DNA of 64,000 bases from Eledone cirrhosa (taxonomy: Eukaryota), in NCBI GenBank assembly GCA_964016885.1, contig OZ024742.1, positions 326,058,001-326,122,000 on the forward strand, written 5' to 3'. Shown here one piece after another: positions 44,245 through 59,072 of this stretch. The notes beneath the pieces are model-generated. The model searched no databases, was not told the origin of the DNA, and worked only from the letters and a program-made list of their open reading frames with translations. Position 1 is the stretch's first letter; the number at the start of each line of letters is the position of its first letter. A program made the translations under genes and the position numbers.

Positions 44245-47200
44245 TTTCTTTATTGGCCACAAGGTCTGACATCAATAAAAACATTTCAGACGGCACAGGA
44301 CGGTACAGGACGGTACGATGTGGGTTTTGTGCGTGTAAATATTTTTATTATTTATATAAGAAAAGAAAAAAGACATAGAAACATATATATATACAAACAA
44401 TAAAAATGAAAATTGAAACAATGAAAAATTCCCCAATAGGGAGGTTACCCCCGAGGGATACTCGTGGCAAAAACCACACAAAAAACCACGGCCACCCTGA
44501 CCACCAGCGCCCTCTCTCAAGGTTTCCATCTCTCAAACTACAGACGTATATTCAGAGCGGTCCCGTTCACTCGGACCATTCTCGCTACATTCACCCACCT
44601 TTCAACAAACTTGCTAGAAGGCAGCACTTGCCTCTCCACCCTAATTTTTCTCTTCAAGTGAAACTTGAAAAAGTTATTTAGTGTTTCGCCGAAGAGGAAA
44701 GTGTCTCTTTTTAACCCTTTCAACCTTGTCCACCACATAATCTCTTTCGCCATGGCCACCAGGCAGATGAAAACCGCCTGCCCTTCCTCCTCGAAGGAAG
44801 ACGGCGAGACCATCTGTACAATGAACTCAGTCGATAACCGGATCAGTCCTACACGCGACAGCAACTGTTCGATATAGCTCCCACAAGTCAGTAATGCTCG
44901 GGCACTGAACGAGTGCATGCACAACGGTTTCGTCGCTCTGCGCGCAACTCGGACAGGCTCGGCTGACGGCACTTCCGTGACTGTAGAGCTTATCTCCAAC
45001 CGGCAGCGTTCCCCGGTAGCACTGCCAGCCCAGGGATTTTTGGAAGTTATCTATAGGCCCTGGGCTGAAAGAAAGCAAACAGCTGATCTTCTTCGACGCC
45101 CAGGATCTCTCCGAGAACGTCGTCGCTCTTCCCCTGCACTAGTCCTCTATAGAACGCCGAGGTGGATGTTCCACCGATACTGGTGCCCAGCTGGCAGAGA
45201 GCAGTGAGCGCCTGGAGACATTCCAGTTTCCAAGCGCTATCCCTCGGTCTTTTTCTGACCCAGGACTGCGCCTCCGTCAAGGAGGCGAGCTGTGGGAAAA
45301 CGTGCCTGGCGAACGGCGACCACACCTGTTCACCGTCAAGGAAGCACCAGAGATGTCGCAGCCTCAGCGCATGTTTGCGCATCATCAGCCATGGCATGCC
45401 CAGTCCTCAACGCAACGGGTGTTGACAGCAGATGGATGTCTGAACATGGGAGCGCGTCCCTTCCACAAAAAGCGTAAAATTAGGCGCTCCATTTTGTGGA
45501 AGGTTGGGCCGGCGCAAGGGACGACGGTGAGGCGGTAGCAGATGACGGATGCGATGTACGCATTCGCCACCTCCGCCCGTCATTTCAGGGACAGCTTCCT
45601 CTCGGCCCATTTCTGGGTGAGGGAGGCCACCTTGCTCGTCACCTCGTTCCACTTTTTCTCCATCTGTAGGTCCGGACCGAACCAGACGGAGGACCACCGC
45701 CAGGTACCGATGGTCGACCCTATCGAATGCTTTGGATTGATCCAAGTTGATCAGGGCCCCACCCGGGCCAGGTTCCTTAACCACCCTCTCTATGATGTAT
45801 CGCATGAGGTGGAGGTTGTCGTGTATGGATCTGTCCGGAATGGCACATGTCTGCGCCTCACCGACCAGACCCTTGACGACAAGCGCCAACCTCGATTCTA
45901 ACACTTTGGCCAAAATCTTGAACTCTCCAGGGTTATGGGCCTGAAATTATCGATAACATCCCCCTTGTTTGGGTCTTTTCTCAGCAGCGCCACCCTTCCC
46001 CGGCTCACAAAACTGGGAATACTCCCGTTCTGCTGCCAGTTGCAGTAGACGTCTTCCAAGAGGTCACCGAACAAGTCTGGCATAAATGCATAAAGTTCGT
46101 AGGGCAGACCATCCAAACCTGGCGATTTACCCCTCGTGCAGCAAGCCATCGCTTCCCGTATTTCACCGGCTGTTATTGACTTTTCGCAACACTGTGCTGC
46201 GGTCGTCGAGAGCCGAGGCAGTCCGTCGAGGTATGCACTGAAGTCCATGCCCCGATCCGGGCCACCGCTTCTCCCGAACAGTTCAGCAAAGTGCTGCTGA
46301 AAAGCTTCACACATCTGCTCGGGTTCGAGCAACAAGCACCCATTTTGGTCAGACAAAGACCGAATTGTGGCTTTGTTGCCACGTCACGCCTCTGCCACCC
46401 GGGCACATTGGACAGCTTTTCTCCCCTCGTGTTACAGAGCACGCGCTCTAGCTCTGACAACGCAGCCTTCGTGTTTTGTGTTGAAGAATTGGTCGAGTGC
46501 CAATCTCGCAGCAAGCACGTCGGTTACGATGCCTGTCCTTAACGCCTCTTCTAGCTTTCTGACTAGCTCTCCCTCTATTCTATTTTTCTCTATCACTACT
46601 CCTTTGCTAAACCTAATCGACTCTACTTTAATTGCCCTTTTCAGGGCGAACCACCACCTGTTGTTGACGACCGCTCCCGTCAACGCCCGCTTAACTAATA
46701 CGCTAATCTGGTCTCTGTAGGCTTTGCGTGCCGGGAAAGACGCGTTCAGCTTCCAGTAACCGGGCCCTTGTCTATGAAGTCTGTCTATGTCGATCTCACA
46801 GATCACAAATTTGTGGTCTGTGTAGTCGACTATGTTAAATTGGGGACAACTTATACTAGCCTTATCTAGTTCTTTGCAGAATACCCTATCGAGATACGAT
46901 CTGGATGACTCGATGCGATTTGTCCATGTCCACATTGGCACATTCGGGCGATCCAGTCGATACCTGTCAGACAGTTCAAAACGTCTGAACAGGTTGGTGA
47001 GGCTCTTGCACACTCCTCCCGTATCCACTAGCCCCACACAATCCCAGCGTGCATCCAAGATACCGTTCCAGTCGCCCACTAACACTGAAGAGCGGGACGT
47101 TCCAAGAAAGGTCTCTAGAGGTCTGAAGAAATCTGGCCCTCCTGTCCCTGTTGGGGCATAGACGGCTACTAGCCTGAAATATTGCCTTCTCTGCCGGTCA

Positions 47201-49151
47201 CGTCCAGCACCACCGACTTACCTTCTGGGTCTAGGAAGATGGCCCGTATGGCGAGATCCAAGCCGCTCCTAAAAAGGACGGCAACCCCTCACCCCGATCC
47301 TGGATGGCTGGGTGATGTGTATACATCGTAGCCGCCGAAGATCGGTGCGAAGGCTTGTGCTTCGGAGATTCTGGTCTCACTGATGGCCACCACATCTATG
47401 TTTAGTGACCTGAGGTCGTTGAGCAGGTGACTCTGCTTCCAAGATGACCCCAGGCCACGCGCATTTATACTGCATATTCTGAGTACGGCCATGTTGGATG
47501 AGAAACGGGGCAAGTGAGAAAGGGTCACCTACTTTGATCGTGTGGTGAAGGGACAGTAGAACCGTCCCTTTGGCTGGTCATGGGTGTTTGCAAGAGGATG
47601 TCAGTGTATATCCTCTTGGTAACCGACCCTCTGAAGTCTCCAACTGCGGTGGGGAATTTTTGTCTTAAAGGTTTGTACTGTTCTATTGAGATTTCAATGA
47701 TGCTTATGTTTGTCGGGAGAGTTCTTGGTTTTGGTGGGGTGTAGTAGTTTTTTTCTGTAATGTCTGTGTACTGCTTTATATATTGTATGAGTTCTTTTTT
47801 TGCCATGTTTATGGCTGTGTACTTTTGAGGGTGAGGGGTGATTTTGTTGCTGTTTTCTTCTTGTTGCTGTTTGGTGTGTGTGTTTTGTTTTGTTTTGTTT
47901 GCGTTGTTGGTGTTTTTGGTGATGCTGGTGGTGGTGGTGTGGTTGGTGTTGGTGCTTGTGGTGGTGATGGTGATGGTGGTGGTGTTGCTGCAAGTTTTCT
48001 TGCTGCCTTTACCCCTCTTTGTGTGCCTTCGCTTTTGGAGGGTAAATCTAACGGTTCTTTTTTTATTTTTGGTTTTTGTGACAGACCGTTTGCTACTTAC
48101 TCTCGCCTCAAACACCATGTCGGATTCCGTGGCGTCTCGGATGGGTATGTTCTCCACGGCTGTTGGTGGTGGTAGTGGAGCCCTCTTCGGCAATGTTGTT
48201 GCTGGTGTAGCTACTTCAAATGTAGCTATTGGTGTTGCCGCCACTGATGCTGCTGCTTTAGTTGTCCGTGGCCTTGGTACGGGTGCCACGGACGTTGCCC
48301 TCCTACTCACTGTGGAAGGGGCTTCTACGTTTGTTGCCTGCCCTGCTCTTGGTAGCAGCGGACCAGGTATTGGAAGGAGAGGGGCCTTCTTCTTCGCTTC
48401 TTATGCGGGCAAAAGGCCCTGAGGTGACCCTTCGACCCACAGAGATAACATTTTGGCCGTCTTCCTTCTAAGCTTATAGAGAGTTGGAGTCCTTCCTCGA
48501 TGTCTATGATATCGGGGATCGGGGATAGCGTCGATACATTCCTGGTCAGTTTGTATAAGCATTTGCATGCCTATACCTGACCAGTTCTCTCTCCCTATTT
48601 TCTCTACTTGCAGTATGGTCGTGCTGTCTAAAATCGAGATTCCAGCAAGGACAGACGTGGCCAGCCAAGGTATGGGCACGTGGGGTGGGGCATGGGTCAC
48701 TTTGACCCTCACAATTTTCTGCCTGCAGTAGCAGGGCACCAAGACTATCTCCTCACTCTTTAGGGTTTCCAAAGAGTGAGACTTTGCTTCCTGGGGGGTG
48801 GCGAAAATACGTCTACTGTGGCGTACTTTCTGCCTCGGGTGATGTAGGTTTTGCGTGCCCAGACGCACCCCAAGGCCTTTTGGACTTGAGCCTCCCTGGC
48901 TCTCCACCCGATGTGAGATTTTGCTTACGGTGCGGTAAGTCACCATCCGTAGCTGCTGGTCCTTGAAAAAATCGGGTGGAGGTTTCAAGGAGACTCTATT
49001 GGCGCTTCTTGTCACCATGGCCCTTGCAACTGCCATCTCCTCCTCCGTGACTAACACTGTCTCAATATTTCGGGCGACACCTACAAAAGAAGTGGCCCTT
49101 TCAGCAACACCCCTATTGCTGCCGCTACTGCTCTTACTGGTGCTGCAACAG
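44243..49151 (-). mobile_element. Tx1/L1-clade LINE, copy B (diverged subfamily, RT core deleted)
   Basis: Knuckle KCYLCGSKGHLRAF; ORF2 starts MAVLRICSINARGL. About 450 bp including YADD is missing at ~45687 relative to copy A. It has the same 3' end AATAAAGAAATCA(TTA)n. Confidence 0.93.
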
Positions 49152-49785
49152 TAATAATAATGACACTATTATTAATAATGCTCATAACAACCAATAGGCA
49201 TGCTCAGTATATATAATGACAACAACAACGAGAACAACGATCACAAAAGCATCAAATAAAATAAAGTTCATAACAAGCAAACGAAGCCACTATCATGAAT
49301 TAGATTTATAAAAGTGGAAATCGATTACGTTTCAAATAACTCCATGATGAAAGATCAAACATTCTGCGTTGAATTAGATTATGCATCAATTTAACTAGTT
49401 GGACCCTCTGGCAAATACAGATAAATGGAGATTTGTAGTAATAATGTATCGAACTACATACAAATTGACGGCTGGTGTTCACTAAATTTATTTCCTCTGC
49501 ATTTGCTACTAATTTATATATGTATGTAAATGAACAGTGATATATGTATATATATACACACATGTGTATATGTGTGTGCGCGTATGTGTGTGTGTGCGTG
49601 TGTGTGTGCATAAAAACACACAAACGCAGAAACACACAGACACATAGACGCACACACATAGACACCTATATGTATATATATAAACGCACTCAAACGCACA
49701 AATACGCTGATATATACACACACCCGCACAAGCACACACACACATATATATTGAAAAATAGACCAAAGTTTGTTAATATTATATT

Positions 49786-49869
49786 TTAATTAACCGAAGT
49801 TTCTTCCATGTCATATAAAATATTACTTAAATAATTATATGAACAAATGATTGGATTCATCGGAATTAA
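49786..49869 (-). ncRNA. Type I HHR with CCGATGA core and C(UUCG)G stem III
   Basis: Minus: TTAATT-CCGATGA-A-TCCA-(~43 nt)-TGGA-A-GAAAC-TTCG-GTT-AATTAA. Confidence 0.75.
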
Positions 49870-50027
49870 TAAAAGAAATCTAGCCCTCTGAGTAGTTTAC
49901 TCTAATAAATCTCATATTTTGAGCTGTAATTACTTTTTCACCCACCTTTATCTGTTAACCTATTTGAAAACGTCTATTCTAAATTCTATATACTTACACA
50001 CACACACAAACACACAAACACACACAT

Positions 50028-50101
<74 letters not shown>

Positions 50102-50374
50102 TGTATGAATGTGTTTGGAATATATATTAAGTGAAACTTCACAATAAGGGGGTTCATCCCAACACTTGAATCTGTTGAAGAACCCTTTCTGCTTTGTCAC
50201 CCTTATTTCAGCCTTAAAGCATTATCTTCTAAAGAATTTCCCTTTTCTTTAAACCATTGAACCCCACCCATCCTGTAGACACCTGTCTTACAGGCATTGT
50301 TAGTCTAAGTGATAAACAAGGATTGGTATTCAATTTTGAATTTGTTTACAGTATTTTTTCTGCCTTGGAGGGCG

Positions 50375-50555
50375 GTGGATTGGCACTATCGGTAGAGGGT
50401 CGGACGCCATGCTTTCAAGCATAGTTACGTCCCTTTACGATCTGAGTTCAAATCCCGCCGAGGTTGACTTTGCCTTTCATCCTTACGGGGTCGATAAAAT
50501 AAAGTACCAGTAATGCACTGGGTAATTGCTGGCCTTGTGCCTAAAGTAGAAACAA
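50375..50555 (+). mobile_element. tRNA-derived SINE, well preserved (another at 60440-60590)
   Basis: A-box TGGCACTATCGG, B-box GAGTTCAAATCC, central GCCTTTCATCCTTACGGGGTCGATAAAATAAAGTACCAG. Confidence 0.85.
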
Positions 50556-51159
50556 GTATTTTTTCTGCCTTTGTTAATATTATAGCTTTAAAGAATTACC
50601 TTTTAATGAATTCCCTTTTCTTTAAATCCTTTAACCAATGACCTCCACCCATCCCAAACCCACCCTCTCCTACCACCAGAAAAGGAAAGATATAAATACT
50701 ATCACTTATTTGGACAGCCAGCTTCCTGTTGATTTCTCACGAATTAAACAGTTCTAGTCCTGTAGAAGCTCTTTTATATTAAAGCTTTTATACTCTGCTA
50801 TGTATTGCGTACCTTACTTACTGTGGTTACCTCCGATTCAACTCGGAATAACTTATATATATATATATTTGAAAAAGGAAAAGAATGACTTCAGTTGTAG
50901 TTCTAAACAATTTGATTTAATTTTATAATATTATGAGTTGGTAGATCTAGTAAGTTCTTTGTTAACTTCGGTGGGAAGATCTTTAAAGATTCCTAGTTCA
51001 CTCTCCTGGGGAACTTTCTCGCATTCGCGCGTGGCGATTGTCAAACTGAGATCAGGTTGTGTTGTGATGTGTGACTCTATATATAAGAGATATTTGGATG
51101 TGTCAAGGGGTGGGTGTGGTGTTAATGAGTGTGGGAGTGACCTCCTGCTGGTTCCATTT

Positions 51160-51206
<47 letters not shown>

Positions 51207-51849
51207 CCAATGCGTTAGTTGAGTATAGGAATCTTTATGTTATTTATATTGTCAAATAAACTATTCTGAAAAGCATTCTTTGATTCAAACAATTCGAATG
51301 ATGCTATTTCTTTGAACGTCAATTACACATCTGTTATTTCTTCTTCTCTCATATTTCATTTTCTATTTCCATTTCTCTGCGGTAGGCCGCGAAATGCGAC
51401 AGCTTCGGGGCGAAATCAAACTTGTAAGAGACAGTCTGTTCAATTATTAGTGACGTCACAGTTTTAGTTGTCGTGTGGTGTTGTTGGGGACAGAAAAAAT
51501 ATTCTTTATTCTTAGAAATTTCTTTGTACCGGATAAGCACTTTGAATACGCAATTAGAATAGAAATCTTTTTATAAAAAAACACTGGATATTGAAATGTA
51601 CGACTGAATAAAACACTTTGAAAATCATGTTGTTATTTTTTTTTTGTACAGACAACTTAGATATTATTTTGTGTTGACCATGCTATTCTGAATATACTTC
51701 ACCAACTACACCAGGTACCTAATGGCGAATATAGTAGATTTTCTCCAAAGGATTGGAGGATATTAAATCAGATCTATTGAACAGCCTCACATTTCATACA
51801 TCCTCCACGCTTTTCTAAATGAATTTACAGCGTCAACCATCAGAAAGAT

Positions 51850-52420
51850 CTTATTATTCTCAAATATTTACCAGGTAGATACAACCAAATTCTGATAAAT
51901 AACATCACTAGCATCTGCAAGAAGGCCAGACGAAACAGCTACAATAAAATAAATAGGGAGACGCACCAAATAAGAACCAAGTGAATTATTAGAAACACTG
52001 CCTAAATTTAATTGTTTTATTATACCATAAAAGTAATTACAACTGTAGCTCTAAGTGTAGATTGATAACCCCTGCCAAATCTGAAATTCGTTTAGTTAAC
52101 AAAGGTATAATAAGGGAAATCAATATCAACATTTGAGAGACAACTATCCTCACTTAGTGGACTAAGAGTGGGAACATAAGTAGAATATTTAGTAAGAATA
52201 TCAATGATAAATAAAACATTATGTTTATCCACTGGAACAATAAGGAATTTTACCCTTAAGTCTCCAGGTACCTATAATACAGAGACCTAGATTCACAGAT
52301 GGAATTCAACACTTAAATGATGTGGGTCGCTAAATATTAGTTATTACAGACCGTACATTCAATTACTGATAATAGAGAATACGTTTCATTGACAGTAAAG
52401 ACTTTGACATTGTTGGTTCC
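51850..52420 (+). mobile_element. Highly degenerate Hydra-like PLE RT N-terminal fragment
   Basis: KCRLITPAKSEIRLVNKGII (~52053-52112) and a later KEFYP resemble CRLINPAKSEIG...FDI.EFYP. Confidence 0.6.
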
Positions 52421-52721
52421 TTGAATATCGCGGTAATACCACGTATTAAAATATATAAAGTACCTCTATATATACAAATCTAGGACTCACATTTAATTAA
52501 TTAACTCTCTCGTCCTCTCTCTTACTATTTATCTCCATCTCTTATTCTCTTGATCTGTATATATATACATATATATATATATAAGAGATTATGCCACATT
52601 TGTTATATAAGGCAGAGAATGGTTTTCCGAAGAGGAACCTGACAGAAACGCAATTAAATATGTTTCTACAATCATTTTTTGTTTAGTAGAGTTGACATAT
52701 TTATTTCACATATACATTATT

Positions 52722-52881
<160 letters not shown>

Positions 52882-53968
52882 ATGTATGAATGTATGAATG
52901 TACGTACTTATGTGTGTATGAATCTTTGTATGTATGTATATATGTATGTTTGTATACATGCTTTCTCTTCATGTTTGTAGATTTCGTCTTGTATAAAGAA
53001 TATATTGTTAAAAGGTTGTCTTTTTTTAGGCCATTCCTTGCGTAAGTATACTCCTTCTAACTCTCATGATCTTGACTTTTTTTGTTTTTATTTTACCACA
53101 TATCGTGATTGCATGTTGTGTATGAATTATGGAGGAATAATGATTCTCCATAAACCTAAATTCAGACATATTTTTAGCAAAGCATGTTGCGGCGTATACA
53201 ATTGTTTCAATAAGTATGGAAATAAAGTTAAAGAGATTAGTTGTTTATTAACGTGGAAGCACATTCATAAATATAACTACAATATTCGCCTGGTAATTAC
53301 AGGGTCGTGTGTTCAATTTCAGCGACTCCTTGTGTCCTTCATGTCCTTCAGCAAAATATTTTCTTCACGTGTTCCCAGTTTACTCAGCCTTTTAACATAC
53401 AGTGTCAGGCTAAATATCCCTAAAACTACCGTTAAATGTACATTTGTCAGTTGAATGCTCGGTCACTTGCATGTTACTTTAAGAATCATTGTGTTCCGTT
53501 TTCAAACATTTGGAACTATTGTCGTTGAAACCGATGGAGATCTAACACTCAGTAACAACACATTTATAATAAGTCCAAAACTTGAATATATCAGTCTAGT
53601 GGCTGCTAAGATCAAGATTTATTCTGAGTATTAAATCCCAATGCACTGTGATGTTAACTCTTACTTTGTTGCAATCATTTACCTATGAGAGACACTGACA
53701 AATGTTTATTGGTTTTTTTGCTTTTTTTCTAATAGGAAATAATCAATTCTTAAAGAATATTCTGCATACATCATTCAGCAACATATCACCTAATTAAATT
53801 TTCTTAAGTTACATTCATTTAATAAGGCAACTATATAGTAGCACCAATATCATTTACATGAATTTCTGTAGTTCTATCTGACTGTTTTATAACAATTAAC
53901 AGTCAGATCTAAGCATTCAGATTTCAAGCTAAATTCGTACATACACTTGTTTGGTCATGTATTGTGCT

Positions 53969-54985
<1,017 letters not shown>

Positions 54986-54986
54986 A

Positions 54987-55609
54987 CAGTGGCGACTGGC
55001 CAGGTTGCCAGGTTGCACAATGGCAAGTGGCCCCCAGTGGGCCCCGGTGGGCCCACGGTAGCATTGAAGGGTCCACTGTAGTATTTTAGGGGCAAATGCT
55101 TAGCTTAAAAAAATACCTGAAGTCTAAGAGAAAGAATAATTTTTTTTAAAATAAATAAAACAATAAAGAAAGCATTTGGTCAACGACACCACATGATTTT
55201 GTGTTGGAAATTTTGCAAGTAAGTTTATAAGTATAAATTTTCAGTAGATGTTCGTAGCTGTCACTGTGGCCTAACGGTAGTTACTAGAGACGGTGGAAGT
55301 CCTGGTCTTGGGTTCAATCCTAGTCAAGAGGTAAATGTAATGTCTTTTAGATTTGATTTTACATCCCATAGAAAAAATACTTTTTAGATTTACCGGGAAC
55401 CCTACTCCCGACCACATTCGAACTCCAGACCACGATCACCACCATCTATGATTTCTCCAACTAAGCCACCGAGACAGCTTCAAAGGTTTAATTAAAATTA
55501 ATAATTATAAACTTACTTTCAAAATCAAAATTAAATGATACCATTCTATATGTAGATGGCCCCACTTCATCTCCTGACACCCGATATTTTTAGAGCCAAT
55601 CCGCCATCG
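54987..55609. mobile_element. hAT-like MITE containing two convergent tRNA-like heads
   Basis: Imperfect TIRs CAGTGGCGACTGGC / GCCAATCCGCCATCG. Internal inverted segments 55211-55330 / 55405-55524. Confidence 0.5.
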
Positions 55610-55614
55610 CTATC

Positions 55615-55653
<39 letters not shown>

Positions 55654-55666
55654 TGTATGTGTAATG

Positions 55667-55702
<36 letters not shown>

Positions 55703-57766
55703 CGGTTCTGTGCGTGCTGTAGTTCTTGGAACTTATTCCTGATCTCCAGCTAGAATCTCTCTGACGTGCCTTGGTCTTGCAGGCTTGCGACAGCATATGG
55801 CCTCGCGGTCTTATTTGCTTTGTTCTTCTTCAACCTCAAGCGGATTTTTCCAGCCACAAAATGATGGTCAGATCCGACGTCTGCCCCTCGGTAGGTACGA
55901 ACATCCAAGAGAGAGGAACGCCATCTCGTGCCAATGCAGATATAATCAATCTCATTCCTGGTGTTGCCATCAGGGGAAGTCCATGTCATCTTTTGAATCC
56001 GCCTATGGCTGAAGAATGTATTCCCGATGGAGAGGTTGCTGATACTGCTCAGGGACAGCAACCGTTGCCCGTTGTTATTGGTGGAATCAGCTGAACCGTG
56101 GGGGCCAATGGCTGAATGCATTTCTCTTCTGTCTCCATCTAGCTTGGCATTGAAGTCACCAATCACCAGCTTAATGTCTGACCTGGGTGTCTCCTCTAGG
56201 ACATCCTGTAGTTGGATAAAGAAGGCATCTTCATCTGAGGCAGCTTCAGTCGGGGCGTAGACTTGCACTACGGTCACCTTGGCTAACCTTGTGCTCAATC
56301 TGGAAGTAATAATTCGTTCACTCACTGGCCTCCATCCCACAAAAGCCCGTGATACATCTCCGGTGAGGATGATACCAACTCCGTGGACATGGTGGTCATC
56401 ATCACCGGAGTAGAGAATAGTCATGTCTCCGTTGTCGAGTCGTCCCCGTCCTGTCCACCTCGTCTTGCTGACAGCAGGAACAACTGGAGAGGGATCACGT
56501 TGCTATCAGTGCCAGGGAAGGTATTCTGCACAGTCATCCTGAACCGGCTGAGAGCAGAAGTAGATCGTCATTTTCGAGACGAACAGGCTGGCTTCCGCAG
56601 TGGAAGGTCTTGTTCAGAGCAGATCTTCACTCTCCGAAATATCATTGAACAATATCGGGAGTTCCACAAGGCCCTTGTTGTCAACTACATTGACTTCAGG
56701 AAAGCTTTCGACAGTGTTCATCGGGAGTCATTGTGGAAGATTGTAAGACTCTACGGTTTCCCAGAGAAATATATTAACATCTTCAGGTCGCTGTACCGAC
56801 ATTCCAGGTGGTACGTTAGGACAAAGGACGGAAACACGGAAACGTTTGACATCTTGACGGGTGTTCGACAAGGCTGCATCCTTTCGCTTTTCCTTTTCCT
56901 CATTGTCATCGATTTCATCATGAAGAAGTCAATGAGTGACCCTCGTTTTTGGCATCAGTTGGGATGGAAGGAGATTAAGCGACCTGGACTTTGCCGATGA
57001 CATCGCAGTGATAGGCCATTCCCGAGAAGACCTGCAAGAGATGACAAACGTTCTAAGTGACAATGCAGAGAAAGTTGGCCTGCGCATTAGTTGTGAAAAA
57101 ACCAAGACCATGTCGACAGGTGACCCTTCAAATCCTCCCATCATGGTTGGTCAGCGTAACATTGAATGTGTAAACCACTTCCAACATCTCTGGCGATGTG
57201 GATGCTGAGGTGGATGTGCGCACAAGGCTGGGAAAAGCAGCGGCGGTCTTGCAGCGACTCCGTCCGGTTTGGTCCATCATCGGCAATGCCGTCAAATTCC
57301 GTCTTTACATGTCCATTGTAGTACCAACAGCGATATATGCCTGTGAGACATGGAAGAGTACGGAAAGTGTATGTAACAAGCTTGATGTATTCCACCGTCG
57401 CTGCATTCGGACCATATTTAAAATTTCATGGAGAGACCAAGTTAGCAACGAGGAAGTGATGAGGAGGTCAGGATGGGAGAGGTTAAGGGACATTGTCCGG
57501 AAAAGGAGACGGCGGTTCGCGGGCCACATCCTTCGTTTGCCGGCAGATCGACCTGCTCATATTGCCATGGATTGAGTACCAGAAGGTGGCAGGAGAGAAC
57601 GGGGAAGACCACGAAAAACACGGCGGAGCACATTCAGGGAGGACCTGCGGGAGATGGGAATTACCTGGAGAGGCGCTAGAAGGGCCGCCAGTGACAGGAT
57701 CATGTGGAGGAAGCTCGTCGCCCAATGTTCCACAAGGGACTGGAGGAACTAAGACTAAGACTAAGA
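55703..57766 (+). mobile_element. RTE-clade LINE with 5' inversion
   Basis: 55703-56470 (minus) is APE (GVG, QVYAPT, GDFNA, NEIDY, GSDH). 56472-57750 (plus) is RT (NWRGITLL, EQAGFR, KAFDSV, GVRQG, FADD). The tail is (AAGACT)n. Confidence 0.93.
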
Positions 57767-57789
57767 TACATACATACACACACACACAT

Positions 57790-57884
<95 letters not shown>

Positions 57885-57940
57885 TGTATGTGTAATGTAT
57901 ATATATATATAAAAGAAAGTTTACTCCGAACGAATTGCAT

Positions 57941-58029
57941 GTGTCCGAAGGAAACTGCAGCCGTAGAATCAGCCAGATCCATAGAGTGATCATGTCTCCA
58001 GCTACCTGCTGGCGAAACAATTGTAACAC
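57941..58029 (+). ncRNA. Degenerate HHR-like motif with CCGA core
   Basis: GTGT-CCGAAGG-(~60 nt)-GAAAC-AATT-GTA-ACAC. Confidence 0.5.
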
Positions 58030-58101
58030 GCAATAAACAGAGTCCAGATTCATCACTGATTTTTCGTTATTTATACTATATATATATATATATATATATA
58101 T

Positions 58102-58255
58102 AAGAAGTGACAACTGATTATACATTTGCTATCGAATACTTGCTAACATTATATGATTACGCAAGCAGCGATACATAGGTATTCCGTCTGTTACAGAAAC
58201 ATATGTCAATACCTAATAAATTCCTTTTCAAAAAAAGCACTTTCATTTTATATTC

Positions 58256-58344
<89 letters not shown>

Positions 58345-59053
58345 TATAAAAGATGAATATAAAATGAAAGTGCTTTTTTTGAAAAGGAATTTATTAGGTA
58401 TTGACATATGTTTCTGTAACAGACGGAATACCTATGTATCGCTGCTTGCGTAATCATATAATGTTAGCAAGTATTCGATAGCAAATGTATAATCAGTTGT
58501 CACTTCTTCAGAGATTTTGGATAAATTGGATAAAATCAGAAAAATTGAAGTATTTATATTAGTAATAGAGGAAAAAGAGAGAGGATAGTATATGACAAAT
58601 GGTAATTCAATTTACTGCTAAACAAGTATATAAATGGTATTCTCATTAGAAACCCTTTATATACTTGTTTAGCAGTAAATTGAATTACCATCTGTCATAT
58701 ACTATCCTCTCTCTTCTTCCTCTATTACTAATATAAATACTTCAATTTTTCTGATTTTATCCAATTTATCCAAAATCTCTGAAGAAGTGACAACTGATTA
58801 TACATTTGCTATCGAATACTTGCTAACATTATATGATTACGCAAGCAGCGCTACATAGGTATTCCGTCTGTTACAGAAACATATGTCAATACCTAATAAA
58901 TTCCTTTTCAAAAAAAGCACTTTCATTTTATATTCATCTTTTCTACATTTTCTCCGGAATATAATTTATACTCGTTGAGCAAACCTACACGTACGCTGTT
59001 CATCTCTACCGTAACGATATATTATTCACTACATTATTGATAACCTGAAATTT
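58102..59053. mobile_element. Three alternating-orientation copies of the pLTR of the PLE at 1395-3300
   Basis: 58102-58262 (+), (TA)n, 58348-58634 (-), 58637-58942 (+) with a ~110 bp extension to (TA)n. Confidence 0.9.
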
Positions 59054-59072
59054 TATATATATATATATATAT

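Noticed and set aside
38774-49154. Plus-strand ORFs over the Tx1 elements
   Set aside because: They are antisense shadows of GC-rich LINE coding sequence.
53005-53650. 149 aa plus-strand ORF, or faint minus-strand LINE RT remnants
   Set aside because: The motifs are too decayed to assign without a profile search.
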